A stretch of 63,576 nucleotides of DNA, filler included, from Hyphochytrium catenoides (GCA_900088475.1; 13 parts of 13 records of this genome joined end to end with filler, not necessarily neighbours in it), one strand, 5' to 3'; shown: positions 38,350-51,125, counted from the whole stretch's first letter. Made by a program: numbers and translations. Notes: generated by a model not told the origin, from the sequence alone.

Positions 38350-39375
38350 CTTTCTCTCTTGTCTCTCTCTCGTCTCTCTCTCGTCTCTCTCTGTCTCTCC
38401 TCTTTTCTCTCTCTCTCTCTCTTCTTCACTCTCTCTCTCAGCTCAACATAGGAAGCAATAAGGCCCGTGATGGCACCTGTATATATCACGCTCTGAAGAA
38501 GAACAACTCTCTCCGTTCAGCCCTTTCTGACAACGTACGTTTTTCTCTCTCTGATTATTCCATTTCTTCGGCGCTCTCGTCCTCTCTCTTACTACCATTG
38601 CTTTGTCTCTCCCCCCTATTCCTTTACTCTCTATCTCTCTTTCACCCTTGCGTTCTCTCCTGTGCCCTGTGCCTGTCCTTCTGTCCTTCCCATCTTTCCC
38701 TAGGCTCTGTTTAGTTGTGGCTCTCGCAGCTGCCACTCTTTTTTTGACAATTCTCTTTCCTTCATCAGTCTTTCACTCTTCTTCAGCTCCCCGCCGAACC
38801 GTAGGCTAATAGATGCCGGAAGTGGACAAAGAGCTTGACAACAGGGAAGTAGAGAAAGAATCAACAAGAGAAGTGCAAGGCTCCAGTCTTACTTGTTCAT
38901 TGCCCTATTACAATCAAATTCTATGTTATGCTCCTTGCCTCTACTTCTTCTTCTTCTCTTCTCCTTCTCTTCTTTTGTCTTCCCACTCTTGTCTTCATCA
39001 TCTTCTCCCCTCCTAATTATCCTCCTTCCTCCTCCTCCTCTACGCTATTATTCGGTACCAGGCCCAACAAAAAAGGGAAGAAAAACTAGGAGAGAGTCTC
39101 TCCTCGCTGATCTTGGCTTAAGCACACGTCCTCCTCCTTCTTTTACTTCTTTCGGTGTTTCTTCTCANNNNNNNNNNNNNNNNNNNNNNNNNNNNNNNNN
39201 NNNNNNNNNNNTTAATTAATTAANNNNNNNNNNNNNNNNNNNNNNNNNNNNNNNNNNNNNNNNNNNNATATATATATATAGAGAGAGAGAGAGACAGAGA
39301 GACAAGGAAACGTGGCAGGGAAGGAATGCCTTATATTTATCTATAACATAGGTCTCCTACTACTATCGATACGCG

Positions 39376-40361
39376 CTTTTCCCTCTGCTCACGCAGCAGA
39401 TGACGTGACAGAGTATGCAGATGAATGACAAGCTCCTGGCTGCTGAGGATATCAAACTGGCGCTTGACATTACTGGCTTGGCAGCTCTCCTTGCCGCCTG
39501 GCTGCTGGGTCACGCGGGAGGAGGCTCTTGGCCCGTTAGCACTAGCCGTCGTGTCCCTAACTTCTCAACTAACTCACAAGAACGAAAGCGTAAACTATGA
39601 AGATCTTACCGCCCCGCCTGACGCATAAAAGACGTACCATCATCTCCTCTAACGGAGCAGCGAAGGGCAGGCGGGCGGGCGGTTGACTCTTTCTGTTGCG
39701 CTGCCTGGGTGTACCCAGCTGTGCCTCTTTCTCCGTTTGCCACCACTGGGAATGGTTGAATATCCGGGAGAGGATATTGGGTTTTCCTGGCGCGGTTAGA
39801 GGATGGGGCTGACCTCGGGCCTCAGTCTCAGATTTGCTCGGTCAGCCTCAGCCTCTGCCGCCTGCCCAGACTTAGACACAGCGGCAACAGAGAGGGGAGG
39901 CACAGCTGGCTGCACCTATTCGGCGCAGCAGGAACAGTCAAGTAATGTCAAGCGCCAGTTTGATTCCCCCAGCCAGAGGCTTACCGTTCATCTGCATGCT
40001 CTTTCACGCTCATCCTGGTGAGCAGAAGGAAAAGGCTCTAAGCAAGCGGCAAAGGCTGCGGCGGGTTGAACAAATTCTGAGAATGAAGCGAGAGGTCAGC
40101 GCCCGCGCCATCCGCGCCAGGAAAACCTAATATTCCCCGGATAGCTCAGCATATCTGTCCATCGTTGACTGGCCTACACTGCCTCTGAGACACGTGTAAG
40201 TGTCTAGTGTGGACATACGATGAGGGTTCGTGGTACAGATCTTGTGAGAAGGGAAGACCGATGCTAGCTGCCTGCCAGTCGATGCTTGTCAGCTTGCCCC
40301 ATCGGTCATTGTAGCCCAAATAAGTGTGAGAAGATAGAGTCCCACATGTTCCCAACAGTGT
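39376..40361. ncRNA. Candidate large structured non-coding element of interleaved inverted repeats (family unknown)
   Basis: 39376-39474 pairs with 39941-40034; 39683-39741 with 39883-39941; 39755-39870 with 40037-40150; additional local hairpins; no credible ORF. The complementarity is directly visible; RNA function is inferred. Confidence 0.5.
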
Positions 40362-40371
40362 TCAATCAGCA

Positions 40372-40797
40372 TGTTCTCAGCAAGACAGTCGTGCTATGAC
40401 GAAGGATGCTCTCTTTCTTCTTTCTCTCTTTCTTCTTTCTCTCTTTCTGTCCTCTTCCTCATTGCATGTTATCAGAATAGCCTGTTGACACTACTTCTCT
40501 TGCATGTTACTGCTTTTTTATCTTTGCATTTCTCAGGTGGACTGACTCTCTCGCAAGGGAGACTCTCTCCTTAACCTCTATATTCTCACTTAATAAACTT
40601 CTCTCTGAAGAAGAAGACACCTTTGTTACTTAGGCTTCCTCTGCGAGAGCACCTTCTTTCTCTCGTTTTCTCTCGAGAGCTGCATCAGTCTCGCATGTTA
40701 CCAAGTGAAGAGCAAGCAGATGAGGGTCCGTTTAGCTTCTTGGTGCTGACTCTTCTCTCAATGTACGAGCGATCGTAACTTAGTATTCTTCTTCACA
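40372..40797 (+). repeat. Dispersed repeat, LTR-like (copy 1)
   Basis: 40377-40630 aligns to the reverse complement of 51416-51640; begins TG at 40372, contains AATAAA, possible CA end at ~40797; no TSD seen. Confidence 0.6.
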
Positions 40798-43285
40798 GGA
40801 GAGAGACAACTGAACTGTCAGTCCACAGCCGAGCGTATCGCCTTCTTTTTAACTGCAAGGATGACAGAGCGAGAAACAGAAAGGAAAACGGAAAGTTAGA
40901 AAGAGAAAAAAAGATGGGGGAAAGAAAGACGACAGGGGAACGAGAACGAGAGTGAACCCTGACGCCAAGAGAGAGAGAGAGAGAGAGAGNNNNNNNNNNN
41001 NNNNNNNNNNNNNNNNNNNNNNNNNNNNNNNNNNNNNGAGAGAGAGAGAGAGAGAGAGAGAAAAAGAGGACGAGACCAGGCAGCTATGTCTAACATGGCC
41101 GGAGAGCGGCTTAGCATTACATTTACTTAGAGCTTATAGTTCCTAGTAGGGCTGACGCTACGCGGGTGGAAGAGACAACGAGAAGAGAGAAGAAGAAGGA
41201 GAAAAAGAACATTAAACGGAAGCAGAGTAGCAGACAGAAACAATGGAAAAGACACAGAAAGAAAAGAGAAAAAGGCACCGACAAGCAGGAGGAGAAAGAA
41301 GAGTAGTGGAGATGGCACAATTTTTCTCTTCTTAACCTCTCTCTCTCTCTCTCTCTCTCTCNNNNNNNNNNNNNNNNNNNNNNNNNNNNNNNNNNNNNNN
41401 NNNNNTTAATTAATTAANNNNNNNNNNNNNNNNNNNNNNNNNNNNNNNNNNNNNNNNNNNNTCTGCGACTCTTTCGTCCTCTAAGTCTTACCCTTTCTAT
41501 TGGGAACTACAAATCTCTTACAGCCGGCTCTGCTTTTTTTCTTGCTGCACCATTCTTTCATCTTCTCTCTTTCAATCACTGAGTCTTTCTCCTTTTCACC
41601 TTGTCCATTGCTCTTGTCCAATGCCATAATACTAGCCCTGTTACTCCTCCTCCTTGTTTGATTCTAGCAGATTAGGGAGCAAAGAACTATTGAATGGATC
41701 TTAAAATCGTTCCGCTTATTATGTCCCCATCCTGGTGGTGCCAACCTTTTCACCTGCACATTATTCACTTCCCTCGGCTATCATCCTCTCTCTCTGTCTC
41801 CGTTTTACTATACAAGATTCTAAGCCGTCCCCACGAAGAGCTTCAATTGTTGACCTATTCAGATGGTAACCAGCATAAAATTAATAAGAGAACATGTTAT
41901 TGACAAAAGTCTTGAAAACTTTTCCTTAGACAACCTGAAGGGGAGGCGGCCTTAATGGTTACCCGCTGTAGGTGCATAGGTCAAGAAGTAGAGAAGTTGA
42001 TATTCAATGCCCAGCTGGATTTGACGTGAGCAGCCCAAAGTACTTAAGGTGGTGAAACGGAAGGAACGAGAGAAATGTTAGCATTTAGAGCACCAGGGTT
42101 ACATGGAGGGGAGTCGCATTCTGAAGTGAAGGTCCCATCACCCCTTATAAACCAGCAGGGTCGATCTGTCATGGCATAAATGACGAAGTAGCGGAGGAGC
42201 TACTCAGGTGGCAAGAAAGTACAGGTTATAATAAGCGTATGTGGGGAGAGAGAGTTCAAGAGGTTCCAGGACATGCACTTCACCCGATCAATGCAGTGCA
42301 AGAACTAGAATATTCAACAGGTCCATCAATAGAAGAGTGAATGCGCGTCTCCGAAGGACGTTCAGTAATCTACTGAGGATTGATTAGCACTTAGCACTAG
42401 TCGTAGGGGTAAGGCGCACGTATGAGGCGCACGTAGGTATAAGTCCGTCGCCCTACTTCCAATACTCTCAATGGCCGACGAGCGAACTTCTACAGTCTAA
42501 ACATTGCTGCATCAAATACGGAAAATCGAAGAACCAACAGTCATATGGCATAAGCGGCTTTTGCAAAAGAGACAAGGATGATATGAAACTCAGAGCAGCA
42601 GCGGGAGAAGAACGCCTCTTTCTTTGATGCTACTCAGAACTGAGCCTAANNNNNNNNNNNNNNNNNNNNNNNNNNNNNNNNNNNNNNNNNNNNNNNNNNN
42701 CAGGCGATCGTTGGAAGATTATTGGAAGATTAAAAGAAAGCTTGAGCGCTTCTTCTCACCCAACAAGGCGCGGCGGACAGGAAGCCGCAGCCCACAACAG
42801 CAGGAGGAGGAGGCAAATGACATGATGAACATGCCAGGGCAGCAGCCGCGAGCGAGGGAGAGAGGACTTGAGATGAGAGCTGAAAGGCTGTACCGTACTA
42901 CTACTTTATTAGCGAATTTGCGGCAGAAGAATTTGTGTATTTATTTTTCACCTGACGCTCCTAGATCGTCGATACTTGTACGGTGTCGAGATTGAGCGCT
43001 ACCGCAGGAACTACGCCCCCTTTCTTCGACTTAACGATTTCGTCTGCCATGGGCATAAGCGACTATCTTGGGGCGGCTGAAAGGAGTGCTCAAGCTATTA
43101 TGGGTGGCTACTTCTTGCGGCATAGGAACTGGAAGCACATCAGGTAATCAGAGTCGCCCACGCCTATTGTCGTCCCTGGGCAGTGATGGAGGACGCAGTT
43201 CCATTGTGAGACCAGCCACATTCCTAGCTGTGGCCCAGCCCTGTAGTCTTGTCTGAAGATCCATCATGATGTGTGAGGGCAGCTC

Positions 43286-43385
43286 CAGCCTCTGGCCTTC
43301 AAGCAGCCTTGGCCTTCAAGCAGCCTTGGCCTACAAGCAGCCTCCTTGGCAGCAGCGATCGTCATCATCATCATCATCATCATCA
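43286..43385. repeat. 17-bp minisatellite (CAGCCTTGGCCTTCAAG, ~3.5 copies) followed by (TCA)n
   Basis: Directly visible tandem copies. Confidence 0.85.
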
Positions 43386-46100
43386 GATGTCCTCCTCATC
43401 AACATTCACTCAGGAGTCCGCCGCCGCATGCCATCAATCCGCAGCCAACTCCTGCGTGCTCGTTACTCTTGCTTCTAAATTCGTCAACATTTGGTCTCCT
43501 TCTTGCCAGTCCCTCTACAAAAAAGAAGAAAGATGGTCGATGACATCGTTTACGACCTCGTATTGTGTATTTCTATGACGCCTGTCTTGCGAGCATTGCT
43601 CTCTATGACCTTGTAGTATGCTCAAACTAAAGATATGCAAAAGGCCAAATCCGCACCGAACGACTTTCCGTAGAAGAAATGAATTCTCTCTGACGTTGGT
43701 TCGGCCTTCGCCCCCTAATAACCAAATAGGTAGATGCGCTCTGGGAGAGATGGGAGTGGGAGACAGAAGAGCAGAAGAAGACACACGGAGCCGCTAGTAG
43801 AGCCCTATGAAAACTTCTCTCTCTTCCTCCTGTGTCAATGAGTTGGAGTAGGAGGTTTGGCTTTCGCTTCTCCTCTCCTGGTCTTCAGTATCCCGTCCTG
43901 GTCTCTCTGANNNNNNNNNTTCTCTCTCTTCTCACTCTCCTTAGACTGATGACTATTAGGCTCGGTGCTCGCGGATGATGGGATGATGGTACATCAGTGT
44001 ACCAAGGAGCGCTAAATCCAGTTCTTTGGCCGCCCGATGATGGAGAGCACTGTCTGAGCCGGCACGGAAGCACTCATCACTGCAGGAATAAATACAATAT
44101 TGTGTGTCAAGCACAACATCCTTGGCCCTAAGATCAATATAGTGTTATGCCCATCNNNNNNNNNNNNNNNNNNNNNNNNNNNNNNNNNNNNNNNNNNNNT
44201 TAATTAATTAANNNNNNNNNNNNNNNNNNNNNNNNNNNNNNNNNNNNNNNNNNNNACAGTACCGTTTTACAGTTCACAGCACAGAGTCAACGGTATTCGG
44301 AATGCACAAGACAGCATGACATGTACCAATGCAAACAGCCCAACAGTGACTATGAGACAGTCGAATACAGGCAGATCGAAGGGGAAAGACACCGACGAAA
44401 TGATGGGATCGGAGCGTGAGCCTATTCAGAACATGAATTGTCGTCCTGCCCACCCCGCCGGCGCTGTGGTCTGTCTAGACTAAGCCCCGCTCACCAGCAC
44501 ATAACTGCAAGACAAACTCAGCAGGGTGGCGGAGGGAGAAGGGCACAGTGGACAATTGTCCTACTATTCTAAGAGAAGAAAGGGAGGCTAACCTGTTTTC
44601 AGAAGATGGGGAGAGAACGGAGTGGGCAGTGACAGTCATCAGCAGAGGCGTTTGTTCTTTTGCCAAAGAGCGTATAACTGCCTAGACTGGTGAGGCGTTT
44701 TCTGCAACGAGAGATAACACGACTGCAGCTGTCAAGAGAAAGAAATAGAGACAGACAGAGAGAGAGAGAGAGAGAGAGAGAAGGCAGAGATGGGCGTCGT
44801 AGGAAGTAGGGGTCACTGGCTGTTGGTAAGCCATTCCTCTCCTGCTAAGCCCCTAATGCCAACTTAACTTTTGCATCAAGGTCATCACCAAGAAATCTGG
44901 TTAGCTCTCCTTCTCCTTTTTGTACATAAGCGCATCAACAGAAGAGACAGCCTAGTAACGACCAGCTGAAGAGGCTGTCTAACAAACGGTTAGCAGTATC
45001 GATCGCTCTATCTGCAACTTCGAAGAGAAGGATGATGGTCCTGGGACATAGGATTCAGTGCTAGTAGTGCTGCTGTTGGGCTAAATGTCGTGGCTCCAGT
45101 TCCTAGCTTAGGTTTTTATGCTTTGTTGCGAGAATGCAGATGATACCATACCGTTTGGCACTCTTTGTACACTACTCCTTCTTCTGTCCCTATTATCAAC
45201 ACTCCTCCATCCTCTGAGAAGGCTCCCCAACAAGAGAGCTGGTTGTCCAGGATATTCTCCCTCTCTCGTCTTCTGTCCTGCTGCCTCTTTCTTTCCTTGG
45301 CTCTGTAATATTTAACTCTAGCTTCACTACTTTTCCCAAAGAAGTAAACGTGCAATAACGCAGACAAGCACTTCCCTAGCGCCTCCTCTCACTCCTCTTG
45401 ATTTCTTACCTTCTTGTTCATTTCATCTGACAAGCAACAGCAGCTATCCTCTACGGGCTTTCTCCTCTCACTCTGCTTATCTTTTTCTCTTCCTCGCGCT
45501 CTACTATCCCTGTCAGTGTAGCTTGGAGAAGAGTAGGACACCGACATAGGTGTGGAGATGAGTAATTGCTGTTCAACTGACGTACAAGAAGAGCCTTAGG
45601 AGAGGGAGAAATGGTTAGCTGTGTCGTCAACTTCGTCCCAGTGCCCTTACGTCCCCGTTTACTATGTGCCCTGCGTCGTGTCTTGGCCCCTTGTTTCTTC
45701 TCCTTTTTATCCTATATTAGAGTTAGTTGTCTTGTTGACCCTTCCTGGCTGAGGGTTCCCTCGATCTGTCTCTCTATTTTCATTATTCTATATGCCTTTT
45801 ATCGCCAGTTTCTCTCTCATTTGAGCACCTTACCTTCATTCTTCATTGTGTCCCTGCTGTGTTCTCTCTCTCTTCTTGTCAGTACCTCCGGCTGGTCTAC
45901 GGCCAGCTGTCAATCCTCCACGATAACCTCTCAAGCCTTTGAACTTCTCACTCATTACTTTCTCAGTTCAGCTTTTTCCGTATAGAGACTCTGTTCACGT
46001 CGGAGATTAGCAGCGTTGAAGAAGGGAGAGTGATCAACAGGAGCGAGGAACTGAGAAAATCAAGGAGCGGTTGATAGAGGAGTAGGGACCAAGGAAGACA

Positions 46101-47081
46101 ATGTTGTGGCTTCCAACAGAAGAGGAGCTTATTCAATCGGCCATTCTCCTGGCACTTGTTGTTGCCGTGACGGGCATCGTGCTCGCCTGGGCTTCTTACT
46201 ATGCCTCTTCGTGGCTCTTCCAAACTGTTATGTGGAGGGTGGTTGGCGACAGGGCCAGATGCTGGAAATCATTACTTCCCCACCTTTTCTATGATGATGC
46301 AACAAGGAGGACGGAAGGCACGCGGTTAAAGCAAGGAGGAAGCTCTTGCTTTTCAGCAGTCTTAGACGCGCTCCACCTTGGGAGGGATGCAGACGTCAAG
46401 GTAGCGGCCAAGGATAATAGAACTGCAGAGGTAAGCGGATAGGCACTCGAGAGAAGGAAGCTTGAAATGGGAGACGAAGGGGAATTGAGGAAAAGAGACA
46501 CACACACATCGAGCGCTAGCGCTAGACGGATGGAAAGGGGTCAGAAGTTAGCTCGACAAAAGTCGACACACTAATGAGGATGCAGCCGACACATAATCCG
46601 GTCCTTTTACCGTACCAACCAGGCGCTTTACGTTGAGGCTATCGACGCCTTGGAGTCAGGGCATTGCAGAGGATGCGCAGTCCTGGCTCTCAATCTCATG
46701 GGATGCAGGGCTGCCACCACTGCACCGCTCGGTGACAAGAAAGCTGCTGGGGGACCAGCTGCAGTAAGTCATCTCAAGGAGAGATGGAAGTGAGCGGTAG
46801 AGCAGCAGCAGCTGCTGCAGTGAAACATGCCGAAGAGGAAAGAGTAGTCTAAACGTACCCAAGAGAAGCGAGAGAGACTGCAAATGACGTAATGACAAGT
46901 GCTGCCCCTTTAACCGACTGATCTAAGTATTGTGTCTCTCCCTCTGTGACGTGGAAGGGCGGCTCTGACCTTGGGATACACGCTGCGAGAGGAGCTTGAG
47001 GAGCTTGTTCCGTGGACCAGTGCGATGGAAAGAGTCTTTGAAGGTTTGATGGACGGCTTGCGGGACCAGTTCGATGTGGAT
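46101..47081 (+). CDS. Hypothetical membrane-anchored protein, multi-exon, structure unresolved
   Basis: ATG ORF with an N-terminal TM helix (AILLALVVAVTGIVLAWASYYA) ending at GAG|GTAAGC; downstream exon-like segments with GT-AG ends, but phases could not be reconciled. Confidence 0.35.
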
Positions 47082-49584
47082 GTAAGAACATATCCATGGC
47101 TTGACGACACTCCCATCCTCTTCTGGTCCCCTTGACTCCGCCTTTGTCTTTAATGTCTCATCCAGCTTGTCGTAGTAGTTCTTCTTGGTCGTGGCGTTGT
47201 TCTCTCTCTTTCTCTCTGTGTCTCTTACTCTTCTGACGTTGTGTCCCTTATCTTTCCTACTAATCACTATTCTGCCGCCTGCAGATTGTTTTGGCCGGCA
47301 GCCGTCATTTAGACGAGAATACAGGGACCCCAACCAGCATCTTGTCGTCTCTTCTCTCTTACTTCACGCCACANNNNNNNNNNNNNNNNNNNNNNNNNNN
47401 NNNNNNNNNNNNNNNNNTTAATTAATTAANNNNNNNNNNNNNNNNNNNNNNNNNNNNNNNNNNNNNNNNNNNNGACTGGCGACCTTTTCTCCATCTCTCC
47501 GTCAGCGAGAAGCTCATCCTAACCGCAGCCTACTAATAAAGCAAACAGGCGAGGCACCTATGCTGTCCCCCATTCCCTCTTCTCTCAAAGAGGCTCCGGT
47601 ACTTAGATCGCTGACACGGCAGAGAGCGAGAGAAAAAGTAAGAGGGAGATAGAGAGGAGGAAGAGATAGAGAGAGCCATGGGGAAAGAGTAAGCAGGAGC
47701 GGTGTGAAGGTAGAGAAAGAGTAAGTCTAAGGTGACGGAGCAGAGAAGTGAATGGCCACAGAGTCTCTTCCTGTCCTCTCTCCCTTTACGACTGTTTGCC
47801 ACCAGCTCCTTATTTTGACTGAGCTTCTTGGCTTGTCGCTTGTGTCTCTCTCTCTGTCTCACTTATTGCTTTGTCTGGAATAATATCTGTTTGCCTGGCT
47901 CTTGTGTCTCTGCCTTTCCCTGACACCTGTCTCTCTTTGTTTGTCTTGTTGGTTACAGCGAATGCTCACGTTGACTGATGGAGTCAGAGCCATCTCTTGT
48001 CTCTCTTCTCGTCATCAGGACGTAGCATTAGTTCTCCGGGCCTCCAAGTTCTGGTTTCTCTTCTCAGTGTGATGGTCTTGAGCGAAGATAGACAAGAGAA
48101 GAATCCTCCTTCTCGCTGCCTCATTCACCTTCCGACTTCTCTACCTTCCTCCATGCTGAGAACTCTTCTCCTTGTTGGGAGTCTGTGGCTAGGAACACTC
48201 TTCTTCTTTTTCTTTCTTCCATGTCCTACTTTCTTTATTTCCCTTTGGAGCTTTGTCCGTGCTTTCATCATGAACTTGTCTCTTTCCAACTTTCCTCCTT
48301 CCCTTTTCACTGGCCACCCAATGTAATGCCGACTCTCTTCTCTGTCATGACCATTCCCTTGGTGACTGTTTGATGAGCTCCGACATACTTCTGTTCGTTC
48401 GCTCTCTTAGAGGATCTATCCCTCTTCTGTTTTATAGCTTTGCATACTTAGGCTTTAGAGTACTTCAAGGAGGATCATTAGCTTCTTATCGAGCTCTCCT
48501 GGAGCTGACTATCTTCAATAATATTACTTTGCTATATGTCCTGCACCACCCCAAGGAAGACCTTCTCACGCAGATCTGCCATCTCACCATCATTTCTCTC
48601 CTATCTATCGACAACTATTACTCCCGCATTGTCTGCCTGCGCGTCCTTCTCAGCAGATAGAGGCAGCAGACAGATTGAAAGGAAAGCAAACAGACTTGAG
48701 CTCTCTCTCTCTTCTGCTTCCCGTTTTACATAGCTCCCGGTCTTCCACCTGCTCTCTGTCTTCTTCCTTAAAGCCGTAGGCTTCGCACCACACTCGACTC
48801 TGAGGTGCTACAAGGCGCGTGGAGTAAGAGTATACTTTGGCGGCGCGTAAATGATGGTGCTTTCTTTAGGTCATCGCATGCGGTATAGAATAGCTAAAGG
48901 AGGAATGTGTTGCCTGAGAAACAAGGGTCTCTTCGTCCTCCCACTCCCTTCTGTCCCCTGTCTTTCCAGCGAGGTACTCTTCTATAGATAAAATCCTGGA
49001 CATCTCCGTTTCTGTCTCCTTGTTTCTACTCTGTCAAGGTCAAGAAGCAGGTGTTCGCCTGATGAAGAATGGAGAGGGCGAAGAAAGAAAAGAGCACCGG
49101 GAGACTTAGGTTGCATGGCATGCATTCCCCTCCTTCTGAGTTCCTCCTCTTCTTGGGAGAGCATTTCTTTGAAGCTCCTCCGCCAACCATCTGACCCCTA
49201 GGTCCTTCACATAGTAGTGTCTTCTCTCCGTGGTTTTGCGGCGGCCTGCTTTGGAGCCTTGTCCCCTCTCATCTTCCTACTCCCGCATCATCCAGCCCTT
49301 AGCTGTCCGAAATCTCTCCATAGAGCTTCTTGACGGAGCTGATTAACTGGCCGTTCTGACCGTGCATGTCACCTGCTGTCTGTCCCTCCATCCAATAGCC
49401 CCAACAGATGCAGTTCGGTCTCATGACAGTGATAAACAGCTCCTTTCCTGTACGATTGGGATGCTGCCGACCGAACCAACTAGGATATTATAGCAACACG
49501 GTTGCTGTCTGAGCCGTGAGAACAGTGGCATAATATTGCTTGAGAGAGAAGAGCGTGACTCAGCAGTAATCATTGCGGCTGAGC

Positions 49585-51125
49585 TCACATAAGAGTGACA
49601 GTCACAAAGGGCTTGCCGGTAGGGGTTGATGAGACAAAGTATCTCACTTCGGCAAGAGCTCGCCGCACAATTTCTAGAACTAGATCCTTGGGGTTCTTGG
49701 GCTCTTTCCTTAGCAGCTCCCAGTCTACCGCAGATTCCCTTTCATAAGCGGCCTGACGGTTCTCCCACGCTTTGTATGCTTCTGAATCTGCCTTCATCGC
49801 ATCCAACGAAGGGACAGGATCCACAAGCTTCTGTCCTTGTGGACCGGGGCATTCTTTGCGGAAGGAGTAATAACTTCTGTTACTGGACATGTCCCATATG
49901 CAGACAAGGTAAGTTGCATGCCAATAGGTCACGCAGAACCTCTCAATTGGTGTCTGGCGCGGGCAGCTCTGAATAACCTCTTCAAAGCTCATCAGCTTGA
50001 TGATGGAAGAATGCTCATTTATCGCAGCCTGCGAGATGATGAGGTACGGCCATTCGTCCTCAAGCGGGTCTATGGCGTCGAAGGCCCCGAGATATCTTGC
50101 CTTCAGTCCGTCCCACCTTGGCTCCACAACTGGGATGAAAGATCCTCCCCACAGGTAGCTCCCAAAGCTGTGATAATATGTCAGCACAAATGGTTAGCCA
50201 ATAGAGCCATAGGTCAAGAGAAGACGGAGGCCTAACCACTGTCATGACGCACCTTTCAGAAGAGAGAGTGACAGTGATCTTCCCGCCTCTCTCCTTCCTC
50301 GTCACACTTCCAATAATAAGTAGCTTACCGCGCCACCGCTTTTCTAGTCCGCGTGCTTCGTACAGCTCTTCCAAGATCCCGATCTTACATTCAAATGGTT
50401 CCACAAAGGCGGGACTTAGCCAAGAACCGCCAAGAATAGAAGGTGATGGCCATGGGCGTGGTGGCGATTGGCCTTCCTCTATGAGGAGATCGGTACGACG
50501 GCCACCTCTCGCCTCAGGGAATGTGCTCTCTAAAAAGCGATTTGCAAGGCCACGAGTATGGACCTTCAAAGGTCCCTTGAAGCAACCTTCAATACGTAGC
50601 CCGTCACCGGAGGAAGTGCGTTGACCGCGAAGTTTTATCGTTGGACGGAGGGTTAGATCTGTGGATTCTCTGCTGCGGGCCATCAACTGAAGCTGATTCT
50701 CCAGATATTCCTTGAAGAACTTTTGGAAGTCTGGATAAAGCATGGCACTGCCATGCTGCCACAGTAGATTAGCAGTGCCGCTGTCGTCGCACGCAACTGG
50801 TCGTTGTTGCTGCAGATCCAAGTCCTTGGACGACGACTCTGCTGCTTTGACCGTCCAGAAGGAGGAGTGCAGCAGATAGTGGTGGTCTGCTTCTTTTTCT
50901 TTAACTGTGCTATCGAGCGCCAACACCAAAGCCGGCACGGCACATTCTTCTTCTGCCGCCAGCGTGAGAAAGAGATTTGTTCGTTGGACAAGGAAGAAGA
51001 AAGCGATGCTAAGCAGCAGGAGGAGGAGTGACCGACGACATCGACCACCACTTCTTCTACCACTAAGCAAGCATGACTTTCGTTCGTAGGCGGATGAGGT
51101 TTGTGCTGCTTGTGGTGGCGGCAGC
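49585..51125 (-). CDS. Hypothetical type II membrane protein, partial (5' end in gap), at least 2 exons
   Basis: Frame is open to the gap at 51125; TM segment RSLLLLLLSIAFFFLV after basic residues; second long coding-like frame 50160-49585 after a CTGAC..CACAG acceptor. Confidence 0.5.

Noticed and set aside
39555-39574. CCCTAAC or CTAACT-N6-CTAACT as a telomerase RNA template
   Set aside because: Too short for a TTAGGG template with an alignment region, and the long-range topology does not match the telomerase core. Worth revisiting only if the organism's telomere repeat matches.
40331-40342. AAGATAGAGTCC resembling the group I intron S element (AAGAUAUAGUCC)
   Set aside because: No R element able to form a canonical P7 with it, no P/Q elements and no host gene found.
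39376-40361. Hammerhead or hairpin ribozyme within the structured locus
   Set aside because: No CUGANGA..GAAA core seen on either strand; CCAGGAAAAC..TATT only loosely resembles hairpin ribozyme loop B and lacks helix 4.
43286-43352. 17-bp repeats as a CRISPR array
   Set aside because: Head-to-tail with no spacers, eukaryotic context and no cas genes.
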